DNA from: Takakia lepidozioides
Taxonomy: Eukaryota; Plantae; Bryophyta
Length of the DNA stretch: 64,000 bases
Direction of reading: 5' to 3'
NCBI GenBank assembly: GCA_030704615.1
Contig: CM060732.1
Span: 40,672,001 to 40,736,000, forward strand
The notes under the pieces: model-generated
What the model saw: only the letters and a program-made list of their open reading frames with translations
The model's database searches: none
What the model was told of the DNA's origin: nothing
Part shown: positions 51,151 through 64,000 of the stretch, one piece after another
How the letters are laid out: each line of letters opens with the position of its first letter
How positions within the stretch are numbered: the stretch's first letter is position 1
Translations under genes and position numbers: made by a program

Positions 51151-52111
51151 ACGCACTACCTCAAAGCTTGTGTGAAGCTTGCAACGAAAGCTCGTCAACG
51201 AAAGAGATAGAGAAATAGACAATTTATTTGTTGAGGTTTCGGAGTGATAGATTAACGTTGGCAATAGGCGCGTGAAAGTTCAAAATGTGAAGAACCGGCG
51301 GTAAGGTATAAGCGGGATTATCGCTCACTGATAAACGCGCTGATAGTGTGCCACGTAATCGGCCACATAGGATCCTAATCTGTGGAGAGGATGCATGTAT
51401 AACAGAAGTAGGTATCAGCAACCGTATCGACGAGCGTATCAAGTATCGACAATTCCAATACCTAGGTCAATACCGTACAAAGGTTGGTATAAACAAAGGA
51501 AATATCCATGCAATACCCATGTTATGGCAAAAACAATGACTATACACATGGTATAGATATGACGTTGGGCCAGGTCTTGGCCCCAAGGGCCCGCCACTAT
51601 TTTTCATTTTTTTAGCACATGTCGATAGGGCAACGTCGGCATTGACAACCTCCAATAGGGCCGTGGCAGTATGAATCTCACTGAGAGCTCATCCCTGCCA
51701 TTACATTCGTTAGTCCAGAACATGCATGCGTAAATAATAAAATAACCACTGGTGGGTCCAAGCCAAATTTCACCCCCTTACATTATTTTAAGGCGCTGGT
51801 GCGCTTTCCCTCCGTGAAAAAAGTCATTCTCTACCTTGGGCTCTGACACAAATGCTCACTGTAGCCGAGTTTTTAGGATAGAGTACTTTCTCTCATCCCT
51901 TGTCTCTCGAGGTCTCCGCCTCTAGCTCACTGCTCACATGCCCGCTTGGCTCTCTCTTGGAGTCATAAGAACGCTCATCTCCAAGGCTACGTCCTCCCAA
52001 AATCCTAGATTTTATCTACCACTGGCACCTTAGATAATGGCTCCTAACCCTTAGAGGGGTATAAATTAAATCTAATAGCTAAAGGTAAGAATCCCCCCCT
52101 TTAAAGGAATT

Positions 52112-52547
52112 TGTAGACGCATTGCCCGTTGGGTAAAACGCCCCCACCACGTAGCGGGGCGCAGATCCGCGCGTAGCGGTCCAAGCCGTGGACTGCTACG
52201 GTTAACGCCAGCGTTCGCCGGTCCGTCTCAGCTTTTGATTATCCTGCGGATAAATACCCGTCCCCTACTCGTACACTTCAAGGCCTCATACCTGAGCCAC
52301 GCGGCTGATGTACTTGATCTCAATACAACTTAAGGTCAGCACTGGGGCCCCACTCCCCGTACATCGTGGCTGGGCCACAGCTGTCTCCACGCTTTTAGTA
52401 ATCGAGTGTCTACTCTCTAGGCGCAGCACCCGGGCTGCGACTTTGGGGCAACTGTTGTCAAGCGAAATTAGCCCACCCAAACCCCAAAATGCAACCCACC
52501 CTCCCCTAGGCCTCCATGGCTTGATAGTGGGGGGCGAAATTAGCACA
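52112..52547 (+). mobile_element. GC-rich, possibly solo-LTR-like segment
   Basis: TGT...ACA ends, internal ATAAATA (~52249) and AATACA; no TSD found. Confidence 0.3.
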
Positions 52548-54589
52548 TAGTGACTTATAGTGGCCTTATATTATAGATCTAGTCTGCTGGCCTTCCTTTT
52601 CCAGAGTTGGCTATATTTCAAATTAGTAACCAACAACGCACATATTCCTTCTTCAAACAATTCAAATACAAGCCTCTGTTGGTACCATTTCCAATAGCCT
52701 ATGGGGTTCATCCCTTGTCAATTTTAGACATGAAGTAGTGGGATTCAACAATGCACTCTCCTCTTTTGAAGAGCCTAAATCAGATTGTCAACTTCAAGTT
52801 TTGCTTGGAAAATAAATGAATCACATACATAAATGGTGAAATGGTAAGATGAGATCAACCTTTCTATGCGATAGTGTTTGTCGACTCAAGTAATGGTACT
52901 CTATGCGACCTCCACTTGGGCTCTCGTCCATAAGTCCACACCAGCCCCTCATATTCGTCGTCAAGTCACTTTCCTCCACATGAAATTGCCCTCTTCTTTC
53001 ACAATTGAAATGGCTCAAAGACCCACAAGCTAGGCCACTTGCCTTAGCTTACAAGAATTCTACCTAACTGGGGAGCTTCAAGCTCCATTCCCTAGGATCT
53101 AGCCTCCTCAAGCCTCAAACTAACACTACAACAACAAGAGGAAACTAAGCAAGAGAAAGAACTAGATGAAGAACAAGAGAAGCCTTGCCCTTCTTCAATA
53201 CTGTTTTTGAGCCTAATAAACTAATGGAAAATATTCATTAAATTATTGTTTCCTTGGAGGATCTAGAATATTCAACATGGATGAAAAGTCTTAGAGGCAA
53301 TGAAAGCTGGCTTTTCATCCATCCAGTTGGCGCAAGTTGTTATTTCATCCATCCAGCTCCTCAAGGCGAATTCCAGGATTTTTCATCCATCCAAGAAGTA
53401 GAAATGCAAATAATAGGCCCTATGAGTGTCGTCAACTCAATAATTTGGCCCCGCTGCTAATCAACTCCATAAATCACCAAACTTGGTGACAAACTACAAT
53501 TATATACCCCGTATCAGCCTGTAAATTCTCAGCTCCATCGGTGGTAAAAAGTTGTGCTTCTCGCCATTCCTCGTATTTTTGTTACACATAGATTTTGTGG
53601 TATTTTTGGAAATCAAATCCCTGGTGATGGCTCTGGGGTCTTTGACCCTGCCACTGAGTCATAGGTTGTCCGGAGTCCCCTCCAGTTGTCCCGCACCGCT
53701 AACAAGTCCACGCTTCGCCGTTTGAAGTCGTCCTGACCTGCTGTCATTCCGATGCGGCCAATTGTTTTGTTGCGATATTTCATTGTTGTACATGTCGCTT
53801 CCACCAATTGCCAAGCTCCTCACCGTGTGTTCCTACTAGACTTGAAAGGCGGGAGAAAAAAAAGATCGCGAACAGGATTAACTTTCCGTTTCTAGTACCG
53901 AATTGACAGCCTAATCTGCTGTCGATGCAGCTTCCTACGGTCATCTTGACGCCAGAGTTCCACTCCATGGTTGTCACAGACAGTGTCTAATTTCTTACGT
54001 GCTTTACCAACGATTTCCAAATAACCAACAAACTAACATGTTTTGGCAGTACAATGCCGAAACCGCTTGTCTTATGATCAAAAATGATCTCAAAATAAAA
54101 GTGTGCCAAGATATGCATCTACATAGGGATGAAATCTAGTTGAGGTATGCAATCCAAGGATGTCATCTTTTTTTACAAACCAATTTTCATGCTTTATGGC
54201 GTTTCGAGGCTCGTTCATTTGTATTTTGCCTTTCAGCTTCATTCCCATGTTTTCAATGGCTGAAATCATGTTTTGAGTGAATATATAAAATAATTAAAAA
54301 ACATTATTATTATTATTATTATATAAATATAAACCTTAATATTATGTAGCTTGATATTATATACCATGGTTGATATGTCCTGGTATTATCTTCCACAATA
54401 CCATGGTATTCATACCATCTGGAGGTTTAAGAGAAAAAAAATACCTATATTTATACTTATACCTTCCATGGACCTTGACCTTACCTACCTAGGACCATAC
54501 CAGCATGAAGAAAGAAGGGGCCTCTCAAGACCAGTACAAGGCTGGTATATTATAATTCTAATACCAGTACAACACTGGTGTAATCCCCT

Positions 54590-55130
54590 ATCATCCAAGT
54601 GCGTCTCCTATGTCGAGGCCCATGTGTGAAGAATAATATATCCAAGTATGCCCGCTAGCTACGTGCTGTTGGCCCAAGTGTCCATTGTCATCTAAGTCCC
54701 ACTGGTGCAATCCTTATGTATTGAAGTGCGTATCATATGTCGAGGCCCATGTGTAAAGAATTGAAATCTAAGCCCAAGTGCAATCTCCTATGTATCCAAG
54801 TGTTTTTTCCGTGTAGAGGCCCAAGTGCAACCTCCAGTGTGCAATGTCATCTAAGTCCAAGTGCAATCCCCTATGTAGCTAGAGACCCTGTAGTTTGGGA
54901 AATCTCCAGTCATTGTTCCAACAAAGCCCACTTTGCTATTTTTGCAATCTCCCCCGTCGAGGATTCATATATTGATATATCCACTTTGCTATTTTTCGTG
55001 AATTTTCAGCGACCAAAAGTACTTAAAATTCCAAATCTCCCACGTGAGGGGCCAATTTCTGCTCCACGGAAGCCCATTTTGCTATTTTTCCCAAATTCCA
55101 GCGACCGAAAGTATTTGAAATTCCACATCT
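54590..55130. repeat. Degenerate tandem repeats (CCAAGTGCAATC.CCTATGT family; TTTGCTATTTTT x3)
   Basis: TATGTCGAGGCCCATGTGT at ~54609 and ~54736; TGTCATCTAAGTCC twice; TTTGCTATTTTT three times in 54930-55090. Confidence 0.7.
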
Positions 55131-55329
55131 CCCACACCACGGGTTTAAAAATCATGAGACCAAGCCGGTGCACCCCTCCTCATCGAGGGCTTTCCAACGG
55201 CACCAAGCATGGGCGCTGGGCCCCGGAGTTGGGGAGATCTCAAAGACGCTACAAACAAAACAAAACAAAACAAAACAAATGTAACGCTTCGTATATAAAC
55301 AACAGTGCCCTCTACCAAGGCCTTTTTTG

Positions 55330-56240
55330 TGGACCATGAGAAGGAGCCTGCTTTAGTGTTACCGCCTCCAATATCTTCCCATCTGAAGGCGAGTAGAACG
55401 TTGACCGTGGAAGCAGTGTCATATTCTGTGGAGTTGTCCCAGAATGCCCCAAAATGCACCGTAGTGTCGTTGAAGAGTAGGAACTGAAATGGTTCCTCCG
55501 CGAAGAGGGTGCCCACCAGCTTGAGACAAAGCTCCACCACCTTAGAGTCCGGGTAGTAAGTTTTATGGTGAGAAGTAATCCAGGCACCTGCCAATCCCTC
55601 TGATCCGTTAGTGAGCATACTAGATGGGGGCCGGTTAGGGCCATCGAGCATGCCATAGATTATAGGAGTAATTTTGACTACTGCCAAGCTGCAATTAGAG
55701 TGGCAATAATGATGAGTGAGGCCTCTTTCTGCACCCAAATGTTCCACAATCCATTTTCGGGCACCTTCATTGTCTCTCGGTCGTCCAGGGAAGTACACCA
55801 AAACTCCGTGTTGCATCATCTCTGAGGAGTGGGCTTTCAGGCATTCAAGGTCCAGGGGAATAATATCCGCAAAATCATCATCTAGGGCCACAGATTCTGC
55901 CCAAGGAATCAGCTCTTGGAACGGCTTGGGACCAGCAACCTCGGGACCCTTCCTGAGAATTGATGATACAAGAGTTGCTGAGGAGCTGTGGGGGATCCAG
56001 TTGCCCCTTCCCCTGAAGCTGGTTCCAGAGCTAGATCGTTTTTTACGAGAGGGGGCACCTCTGGAAGCCATAGTCGGGCGAGAGCAAGGGCGCTCAAAGG
56101 AAAGCAAGAGTGCTCACGGAGGTGCAGACAAGATCAAAAAAGAGGGGGGGGGGTGGCAATGTATCACCTTAATGGAAAGCAGGAGGTGGCGTAGCGAACG
56201 TGAGGTCTCAGTAGGTAGTGAGGGACCCGAGAGGAGAGAA
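55330..56240 (-). mobile_element. L1-type LINE ORF1 (DUF4283-like) 5' fragment
   Basis: Low-complexity basic N-terminus, then HGVLVYFPGRP...KWIVEHLG, resembling plant L1 ORF1; degenerate downstream. Confidence 0.5.
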
Positions 56241-56604
56241 ATAAGCTTCCAAGGACGATAATAAAGGTGTTGCACCAAGCGTCACTGGTATGACGGCCGA
56301 ACAAATGGAGGGGCGAGCAGCTGATTATGAGCAGGCTAGCAGGGGAGGAAATGCTTGGACTCGTAGCAAGAGAATCAATGCTGGCGGATGATGAGATTGG
56401 TATCATCCTATAGTAAGGCAGCGGCCCTTCCGTTCTTTGCCTCATTATATTAAATTGTTCAGTTATTTTATGGAATTTTTTTTGGGATAGTGTTGGTTAT
56501 TGTGACTTTGTTTTTCCCTAATGTGTTATTCTTTTGTAGGATACCAAAGCTGTACATATGTGGAACTTGGAGCTTACAGATATACATTACGGGTGCCTAT
56601 TTTC

Positions 56605-56637
56605 ATTAGGGTTTAGGGTTTAGGGACATAATTAGGG
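56605..56637 (+). repeat. Short interstitial telomere-like repeat
   Basis: ATTAGGGTTTAGGGTTTAGGG...ATTAGGG (plant TTTAGGG type). Confidence 0.6.
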
Positions 56638-57395
56638 ACAGAATATGGACAAAGATAGGCACAGAAATAGGCACACAACTAACATTTTCGCTGTTTTGGA
56701 ACCCTATTCGAGTGAATTCTATTTCCGTGGAAACATGTGTACCCTATTGTCGTGTTTTTGTACTCACGTTATGAAATTGATGCCATAGAATGGCCCCTTG
56801 TCATGGACTGCCAAAATTGGAAACTCATTGCCCTAATTTTGAGTTAAAGCAAAGTTGTAAGCAAACTTTGGGGGTCTCAGGGGACCATTCACAGAGCTTT
56901 AGGTTTGCAAAAGAGCGCAGGTCCAAGCATCTCGTGACAGGTTTTGATGAAGGTAATTCACTCTTTTTCATGCTAAGAAGGTCATAGTGAGGGATTTGCC
57001 CAAGTTTGACCAAGTGGTAGTACCACATGCGTTGGACAAATTGGATCCCAAGGGGATGAAGCCATACTAGGTTAATATGGCCTCAATCCAAGTTCATCCC
57101 GTCACTCAAACCAAAAAACAATATGTTTCTCCAATGGGCCCCACATTCACCACTGGTTTTTTTCCCGGATTTGGGGATTGCCCTCCAAATTGGCACGTGG
57201 GTGATGAGGAAGGGTAGGCACATAACATGCTCTCAAAAAGGTACCCCCACAGCAAGCCTTCACAGCCTCTAGGTGGTTATTTTTTTCACCTTTTTGTAAC
57301 TCATTTTCATTTAATTTGGGCCAGGCTCCGTTCACTTTCCTTTTTAAAAAAAATGAACCTTACAATTAAACCATTTTTCACTACAAGGGTCCTAT

Positions 57396-60045
57396 GTTTT
57401 TTTGTGTGTTTTTTTTGTTTGGCAAACAGGGATCTGAGGCCCTGGAGAATTTATTCCAAAAAAGCAGATTACAAAGAAAGTGAGGAAAAAATAACCTCAC
57501 TAGGGAAACCATGAGGAAGATAAAGGAGCTTTGCCCCGTAACCAAAACTAAGAAGCCTGCAGAGGCTAAGGATAAGAGCACTGCAGGTGGTGGGATGGCT
57601 AAGGCCTGGAAGAGGCGAAGGATAGATGCGCCTTGGACTTGCCCTTCCGAAGGGATCGCTTGTGGCACCAATTGACATCAGAGTCCTCCGGTTTAGCCGA
57701 CTGCTGAGCACTACGTAAACTGCCAATATGTCGGGAATTGGTTGTTCCAGACAACCGATGAGTCGGAAATTCTTGTGCACAGAATGCCTCCTTTTCCCCA
57801 AGACTTATCAAAGTCAGCGAATAATTGCAATCTATTGTTTTGTGAGCTTCTGGCAGCAGTTGCACACAAAACGCTCCACGATTTTCTCGCTTCAGTCATA
57901 AGGTCGGAGTGAATTCGATACAATACCATCTTAGCACTCGGTGCCTTAGCCTCATAAACACAGGAATACCTACATTTCCAGATATTCCACAAGGTGTGGG
58001 CTCGCAATGCTATCCAGAGTGGGCATGTACTCCAGTAAGCACCATTGTGCATGTTCAAGAGCAAAACGGAAATCTGGGAAGATAAGTCCAATGACCATTC
58101 AGCATAAAATCTCTTAACATCAGCCCAAACGAATGAGAGGGCATTGGACGAAGCAATGCTCAATGGACTCTGGACCACTCGAGTTATAGATGGAGCAGGG
58201 GAGATGAGGATCCGAAATTTTTCCTTATACTGGCAAAATACGATTGATTATCTTCCATAGAAATCCACATATTTTTGTTGGTCTTTGTTTCCTCCAAACA
58301 TCCTTCCAAACCAATTGCCAATTCTCATTTGAATCCATGCAGCCCATATAGATTGTTATGCTTTGGAGCCCAAATGATGTATTCTGAATGAACTTTTACC
58401 TTACACGATCCAACGAAGGGATTTAGACCAGTCTCCAGATGTGGGAGCTGCATCCATAACATGATGACGGACCAGTAGACTCCACGGAGCTGAAAGATTT
58501 GTGAAAATCTTTGGAACCCATTTTGCGAGAAATGAGTTAATATGAGCAAGAGGGTCTATGATACCTAGTCCTCCCGACTTTTTCTTTTGGGTGATTTGAG
58601 CCCAGCTAACCAGAGCTTTGCGATTTGGAGAGGAAACACTTCCACCCCAGAGGAAGTTTCTAACCAAGATTTTAATCTGGTTTATAATTTCGGACCCTGG
58701 AGACCAGACTGCAGCAAAGAACCACGAGGATGCGAGAATCACCTGGTTAGCCATGAGAGCTCGTCCTGTAATTGAGAGCCCAAGAGAACTCCAATAGACA
58801 AAATGCTTCCTGATGATCTTCATGACTGCTCCACAACGTTGAGAGTCTGTCAGATCGTGACCTATGAGGTGCCCGAGCAGCTTGTGGGCTTGCCCGTTCT
58901 GAAGCCAACGCAAGCCAAGATCATGGCCCCAAGCGGCTACATGGTTCTTTATCGAGTTTGGACGTTGTTTAGAGAGGATCCCTACTGACTTAGGCCAATT
59001 GACCTTGAGACCCGACGGCGCCGTACAAAATTGATGAAGAGCCTGCAGCGCGGCTATTATATTCGATGTCATAGCGTTGAAGCATTTAGCGATGTTTTGA
59101 TCGATGCAGGAGCAGGCAGGGATCGGGGGATCTGCAGGCCCTGTATGTGCGATCTTGAGTCTAGGAGATGTCCAAGACAATTTGCCGCAAACAAGAAAAA
59201 AAAAAGGGGGGCCAACGGGCAACCTTGTCGAACAGAACGATGTAATTGAAAGGCGGAGGAGAGGACACCATTCACCAAGACTTTACTGGAAGCGGAAGAG
59301 AGCAAGATCTTGACCCATTGAAGAAAGCTCCCTGAAAATCCTAGCTTTTGCATAGCACCCAAGAGACAGTCCCAATCCACATTATCGAACGCCTTCTCGA
59401 AGTCCAACAAAAGCAGGGCCAGAGGTTGATCCGATTCATAAGCAAGATGCAAGGCTTCAAGGGCCAAGAGGATATTATCCAGGATCATCCCGTTGCTCAT
59501 GAAACCAGTCTAATCATGCCGCACTAGCTTATGAAGGAAGGGCTGCAATCTCAACGCCAGAGCCTTAGCAATAATTTTATAGGTTGAATTAAGCAAGGTG
59601 ATGGGTCTATAATTGGAAATAATATCTTTGTAGCCCTTCTTGAAAATCAAGGTAATAGAAAGTTGGGATGGCATAATGCCCTCTTGAATGATGTCGTTTG
59701 CCATGAGAAGAAAATCATCTCCCAAATTGCTCCAAAGGGCTTTGAAAAACTCCACACGGAGTCCATCGAGGCCCGGGGATTTTAGAGAGGGCAGGGCTTC
59801 CATGGCATCACGCAATTCATCTACCGAGAATGGAGCCGAGAGAGATAAGGACTCTTCTTGGGATAAAATTCTGGGAACATAGTCCAGGACTCTATGTCTC
59901 GAGTCTACAATGTCCATAGAAATTATGGGGCGAGCAAAAAGATTGGAGAAATAGGATGCTGCAACAGAAGCCTTGGGGCTAGAGTCAGATGTTTTTGAAA
60001 AAATTAAACTATGGCATTGGGCGTTGAAGGCGTAATATCCGCCCA
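57396..60045 (-). mobile_element. Degenerate 5'-truncated L1/Tx1-type LINE ORF2 with A-rich tail
   Basis: KSPGLDG..VEFFK, NYRPITLLN.TYKIIAK, ILDNILL, LLDFEKAFDNVDW, SVRQGCPLAPL, NFLWGG, K.GGLGI, LWNIWKCR; the YADD region is lost; A-rich tail (T-runs on the plus strand at ~57396-57420). Confidence 0.92.
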
Positions 60046-60317
60046 ACACTGCATATTAAGTTACTACACTTCATTCACTGTGGTGGGCCACTGGGCCCGC
60101 TAGGACGGCTTGGTCCTCTACGCCACACACACAATTTCAAAGCCTGCGTCACACCAACACGTCAATGCCACAACCGTTGGCTAGTCACTGCTGCCACCTT
60201 TCGGTATCTATCACGTCTAATTCGAACGCCACCATCTCTGTGTAATCAGTGCGCTCTGCAACTCATCAGAGACCAGCATGGCTGCAGTTGGGAGGAGGGA
60301 ACCGAGCTGAAAGAGAG

Positions 60318-63300
60318 ATGGGGAAGCCCAGCGTTGCTGAGGCGGGGAGCAGGCCCCTGGTGTTTGCGTTGAATGGACAGAGTGTGGAGTTGGCCAACGT
60401 GGACCCTGCCACCACGCTTCTCTACTACATTCGCACGCACACACCCCTCCGCGGCACCAAGCGCGGATGTGGGGAAGGTGCAGATGCATCTTTGCTCCCT
60501 GTTTTCATGTTGTTAACTGTTCGAGGGCAAATCACACTGTGCCTAGTAAATTCTCAGTTGAGCGTCTTGAATAACTGCGTGTCTCTGTGAAGGATGGGCA
60601 GCTCTGAAGTGACAGTCTGAAATGAACAAATTCTACGATTTCCTGCATCTTCTTATTGCTCAATTTGCGGATTTGACGCTGTAGATTGAAATCACGGACC
60701 CACATCGGCGAGCCTTCGAATAGCACAGCCTTTTCATGCTGTTGTTAACTGTTCGAGGTCAAATCACACTGTGCCTAGTAAATTGTCACTTGAGCGTCTT
60801 GAATAAGTACTGCGGGTCTCTGTGAAGGATGGGCAGCTCTGAAGTGGCAGTTTGAAATATACGATTTCCTGCATGTTCTTATTGCTAAATTTGCGGATGA
60901 AGCTGTAGGTTGAAACCACTGACCCACATCGGCGAACCTTCGAATAGCACAGCCTTTTCATGCTGTCGTTAACTGTTCGAGGATGGATCACACTGTGCCT
61001 AGTAAATTGTCACTTGAGCGTCTTGAATAACTGCGTGTCTCTGTGAAGGATGGGCAGCTCTGAAGTGACAGTCTGAAATGAACAAATTATATGATTTCCT
61101 GCATGTTCTTAATTCTAAATTTGCGGATATGAAGCTGTAGGTTGATATCACGGACACACATCGGCGAACCTTTGAATAGCACAGCCTTTAAAAAGCACTA
61201 GATTTTGGAACTCCCAGTGCATGCTCTGTGGGGTACACGCCAATTGCGGACTCTGGGTGAACTGTACTTCGTTCAAAACCTTAGCTGAAGTTTGAATTCA
61301 ATATCTGTCTCAATCTCACGCCCCTTTAATGATATAATCAGAGTGTAATTTATGTGATCTGTGATTCCATGTATCCTTTATGGGTTCGCACCTGCAGGTG
61401 GCTGCGGCGCTTGTGTCCTTCTTCTCTCCAGGTACAATTCAAGCACCAAGCAAGTGGAAGAGCTCACTATCAACTCTTGCCTCACTCTCCTTTGCTCCAT
61501 TGATGGTTGTACAATCACAACGACTGAAGGGCAAGCGAAGAATTCTAGCTGCATCTCTAATGGTATAAATAACGGAGATACAGCTGATTTGCGGCCCACT
61601 GAAAAAAGCTCGCAAAGCAATGGTACAGGTTTCTGTAACAAAGCCTATGCTATTCCGGGTCTCACTGTTGAGAAAGCTGAGAAAGCTGTTTCTGGCAATC
61701 TGTGTCGCTGCACCGGGTACAGACCCTACAGACCCATTCTCGATGCTTGCAAGAGTTTTGCTTATGATGTGGATCTGGAAGATCTGGGGCTAAATTCCTT
61801 TCAGGCAAATGACCTGTCGGGAGGCCCAGGTCAGCTTCCGCAGTACGATCCATCAGCGGACCCCATATTTCCAAAGTTTCTCCTTGAAGAGTTAGAGGCA
61901 AAGGCGATACCCAGGAAACAAGACGACGAACCTCAAGATCATTCACTGCAGTTGCGATTCCGACATGTTGACACAAGCCCAGACGAAGGGGAACAGGACC
62001 GTTTGTGGGTCAGCCCCAGAAATCTGGCAGAAGTTTTCTCTTCCTTGAAATTGTACCAGGGTAAACGTAATGTGAGACTTATTGTGGGGAACACCAGCCC
62101 TGGAATCTTCAAAGACATAAAACCTGAAGTCTTCATTGACATAAGCAAGGTATACGTTGCACGCAGCCTGGCCTTAGACTAGCAAGTGTTTCGAGGAATT
62201 GTGTTCATGAAAGGCAAAGGTCTGGTTGATGATTAGATGGTGGAGGGGGTATATATGAGTCAGAATGCCTCTAGAGATATGGTATTTTGGGGAGCACCCC
62301 TTCCTCTTCTGGAATCAGGGTGTCATTAAGAGATTCTTTGAAAGTAGCGGCTTCTTCCTCCACACATGTAGAGGGACTAAATGATGCAAACATCGTCCTC
62401 TTGTGTGTACAGGTACCTGAGCTGCTTTCTGTTCATCAAGATTCTCATGGAATTGAAGTGGGTGCAGCTGTAAGCATTGCCAAACTCATTGACCTTTTGG
62501 AAGACTTTGCACCCCTCAGCCCCATCTCCGGTGAAAATCATACACAGGAAAATGATAAAGCAAATGGAGGCACCCTGTCTTATTGGGAGAATGCGAGCAA
62601 CCCCATACGTCTTGCTCTGGCAACTCACCTCAAGCAATTGGCCACAGGACATGTGCGCAACTGGGGGAGCGTGGGGGGTAATTTGGTGATGGCCCAGCAG
62701 TATTCTTTTGATTCAGATCTAGCCACCATTCTCCTTGGAGCAGGGGTCACAGTTAAAATTGTCTCAGAGGGGAAAACACATCCCATTATCGAATCTCTGA
62801 CTCTGGACGAGTTTCTTGCAAAAGGGTTGCTGGATGATGGGAGTTTGTTGCAGTCGATTTGGATTCCACTTGAGGATGGGGGTCCAGTTAGCAATGGTCA
62901 TTATGTCATCAATGGTTCAGTCAATGGGAATGGGAAGGTCAGGGACGCTTCCAGTGGCTCCAAAGTGGTGTTCAAGACCTTCCGTGCCTCACCGCGGCCT
63001 ATGGGGAATGCTGTCTCCTACATTAATGCAGCTTTCTTCGCCCGTGTCTCTGACAATGGAGCAGGAGCTGTGATCCAGAAGGTTCGGTTGGCATATGGTG
63101 CATTTGGGACAAAGCATGCCATTCGTGCACTGAAAGTTGAAGAGTTGATTACCAGCAAAGTCCTGACCCCAAGCCTGCTGGAGGCTGTTTCTGTATTGAA
63201 GAAAGATGTTGTTCCGCGTGTTGGGACAACCAAGGCAGAGTTTCGTGTAAGCTCGGCTGTCGGGTTTCTGTTCGAATTTCTCAATCCCCTCCTCCCAGTC

Positions 63301-64000
63301 AATACCTCACCTACAAGGCAACCTACTATTGTAAGTGATCGGAGCCCCAGCACCTGAAATTTTGTCATAATCTCCTATTTCCAGTGCCTGTTGTTGAATT
63401 TGCTCCGTAAATCAGATTGCTTTCTTCAAATGGCATGGGAGAATTTTGGGAATTCCTTGAGGATGAAATTTCTGTACCAGCTGGAAGGAAAGGAATCCAC
63501 ATACATGTTTTGTCGGTAGGAAAGATGAAGCTATTGGATGGGATGGGTATAGAATGTGTGGGGGAGATTGCTTCACTTCAAAGTTTGCCTTTTAACAGTT
63601 TTGGCAGAACTGTCATCAGTATAAGAAAGCATAGAATGAAGCTAGTAGCACGTGGCCCCACCTTAAGCAGACATGCTGGTTGATGTCAAATCAATATAGC
63701 AGATTTGTCTGGAGAGTGGACTCTCACATCACCCACTCTCACACTCACTTCGGGAAAAGAACAGAAAATTCAGGACTGGAAATAATGTTGACAAAATTAT
63801 GTTTTCCCTCTCAATAGTGGGATACGGCGTGTTTGTCTTGACAGGTTGCATACATATGACCATGCTAGAACTGCTGCAGCCAAAGTTAGCATAGACTACG
63901 ATACACATAGTGTTGGACCTGCTGTCCTCTCTGTTGAGGACGCGGTCTCTCAAAGATCCTTATTTGATCCCCACTGGTTAACAGCCCATGCGCTGCACCC
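60318..64000 (+). pseudogene. Inverted duplicate of the aldehyde oxidase gene, decaying (runs off the window end)
   Basis: Exons 60318-60477, 61398-62149, 62413-63330 and 63845 onward closely match AO exons 1, 2, 3 and 6, and the introns are also homologous. A 123-nt deletion removes SQCGFCTPG, exons 4-5 are absent, and a 2-nt loss in exon 6 gives GTT GCA TAC ATA TGA (stop 63857-63859). Confidence 0.92.
60502..61186 (+). repeat. Tandem triplication of a ~228-bp unit in intron 1 of the AO duplicate
   Basis: Units start with TTTTCATG at 60502, 60731 and 60955, and each ends GAATAGCACAGCC. Confidence 0.9.

Noticed and set aside
54879-55300. Non-autonomous Helitron on the minus strand
   Set aside because: TATATA near one end and a CTAG at 54879 are suggestive, but there is no exact 5' TC or convincing 3' hairpin.
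55145-56107. 320-aa ORF as a host gene
   Set aside because: The N-terminal part resembles L1 ORF1 and the C-terminus runs through an unrelated (CAAAA)n-containing repeat, so it is a composite reading frame.
56605-56637. Chromosome end or telomere-healing site
   Set aside because: Only about three repeats in an internal position, compatible with a telo-box or TE-borne motif.
10124-63368. Many 60-200 aa ORFs in the track (e.g. 10124-10717, 14639-15205, 20058-20477, 55716-56261, 63018-63368)
   Set aside because: They are antisense or off-frame shadows of AO exons and LINE sequences with no independent motifs.

Overview
Eukaryotic, intron-rich land-plant DNA. The TE repertoire (Tcn1/Tf1-like chromovirus, RTE/RTEX-like LINEs, an RLE-type LINE relic) suggests a non-seed plant such as a bryophyte or lycophyte; this is inference. 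Three genes splice into intact frames: a 13-exon aldehyde oxidase (AO; minus, 22770-7141, 1447 aa), a 26-exon NAA15 (minus, 45705-32051, 910 aa) and, head-to-head with it, a 5-exon TMEM19/PGR-like DUF92 gene (plus, 46617-49039, 291 aa). An inverted second AO copy starts at 60318 and is decaying: a [2Fe-2S] motif is deleted, exons 4-5 are deleted and exon 6 is frameshifted. Main observations: (1) two poly(A)-less LINE families with 3' stem-loops are found only inside introns (15 insertions, none seen in intergenic DNA), and family A target sites begin with the element's own terminal TCT; (2) a chimeric stretch of intron-containing fragments of unrelated genes (GPAT9, CTPA1, possibly a RING gene) lies at about 3.9-5.3 kb; (3) the Ty3 element at the window start has an 11-nt self-priming PBS and a -1 frameshift signal; (4) there is a restriction-like-endonuclease LINE relic at about 24 kb. 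No CRISPR array, rRNA or tRNA was recognised. All identifications come from motif recognition by eye, without database searches.
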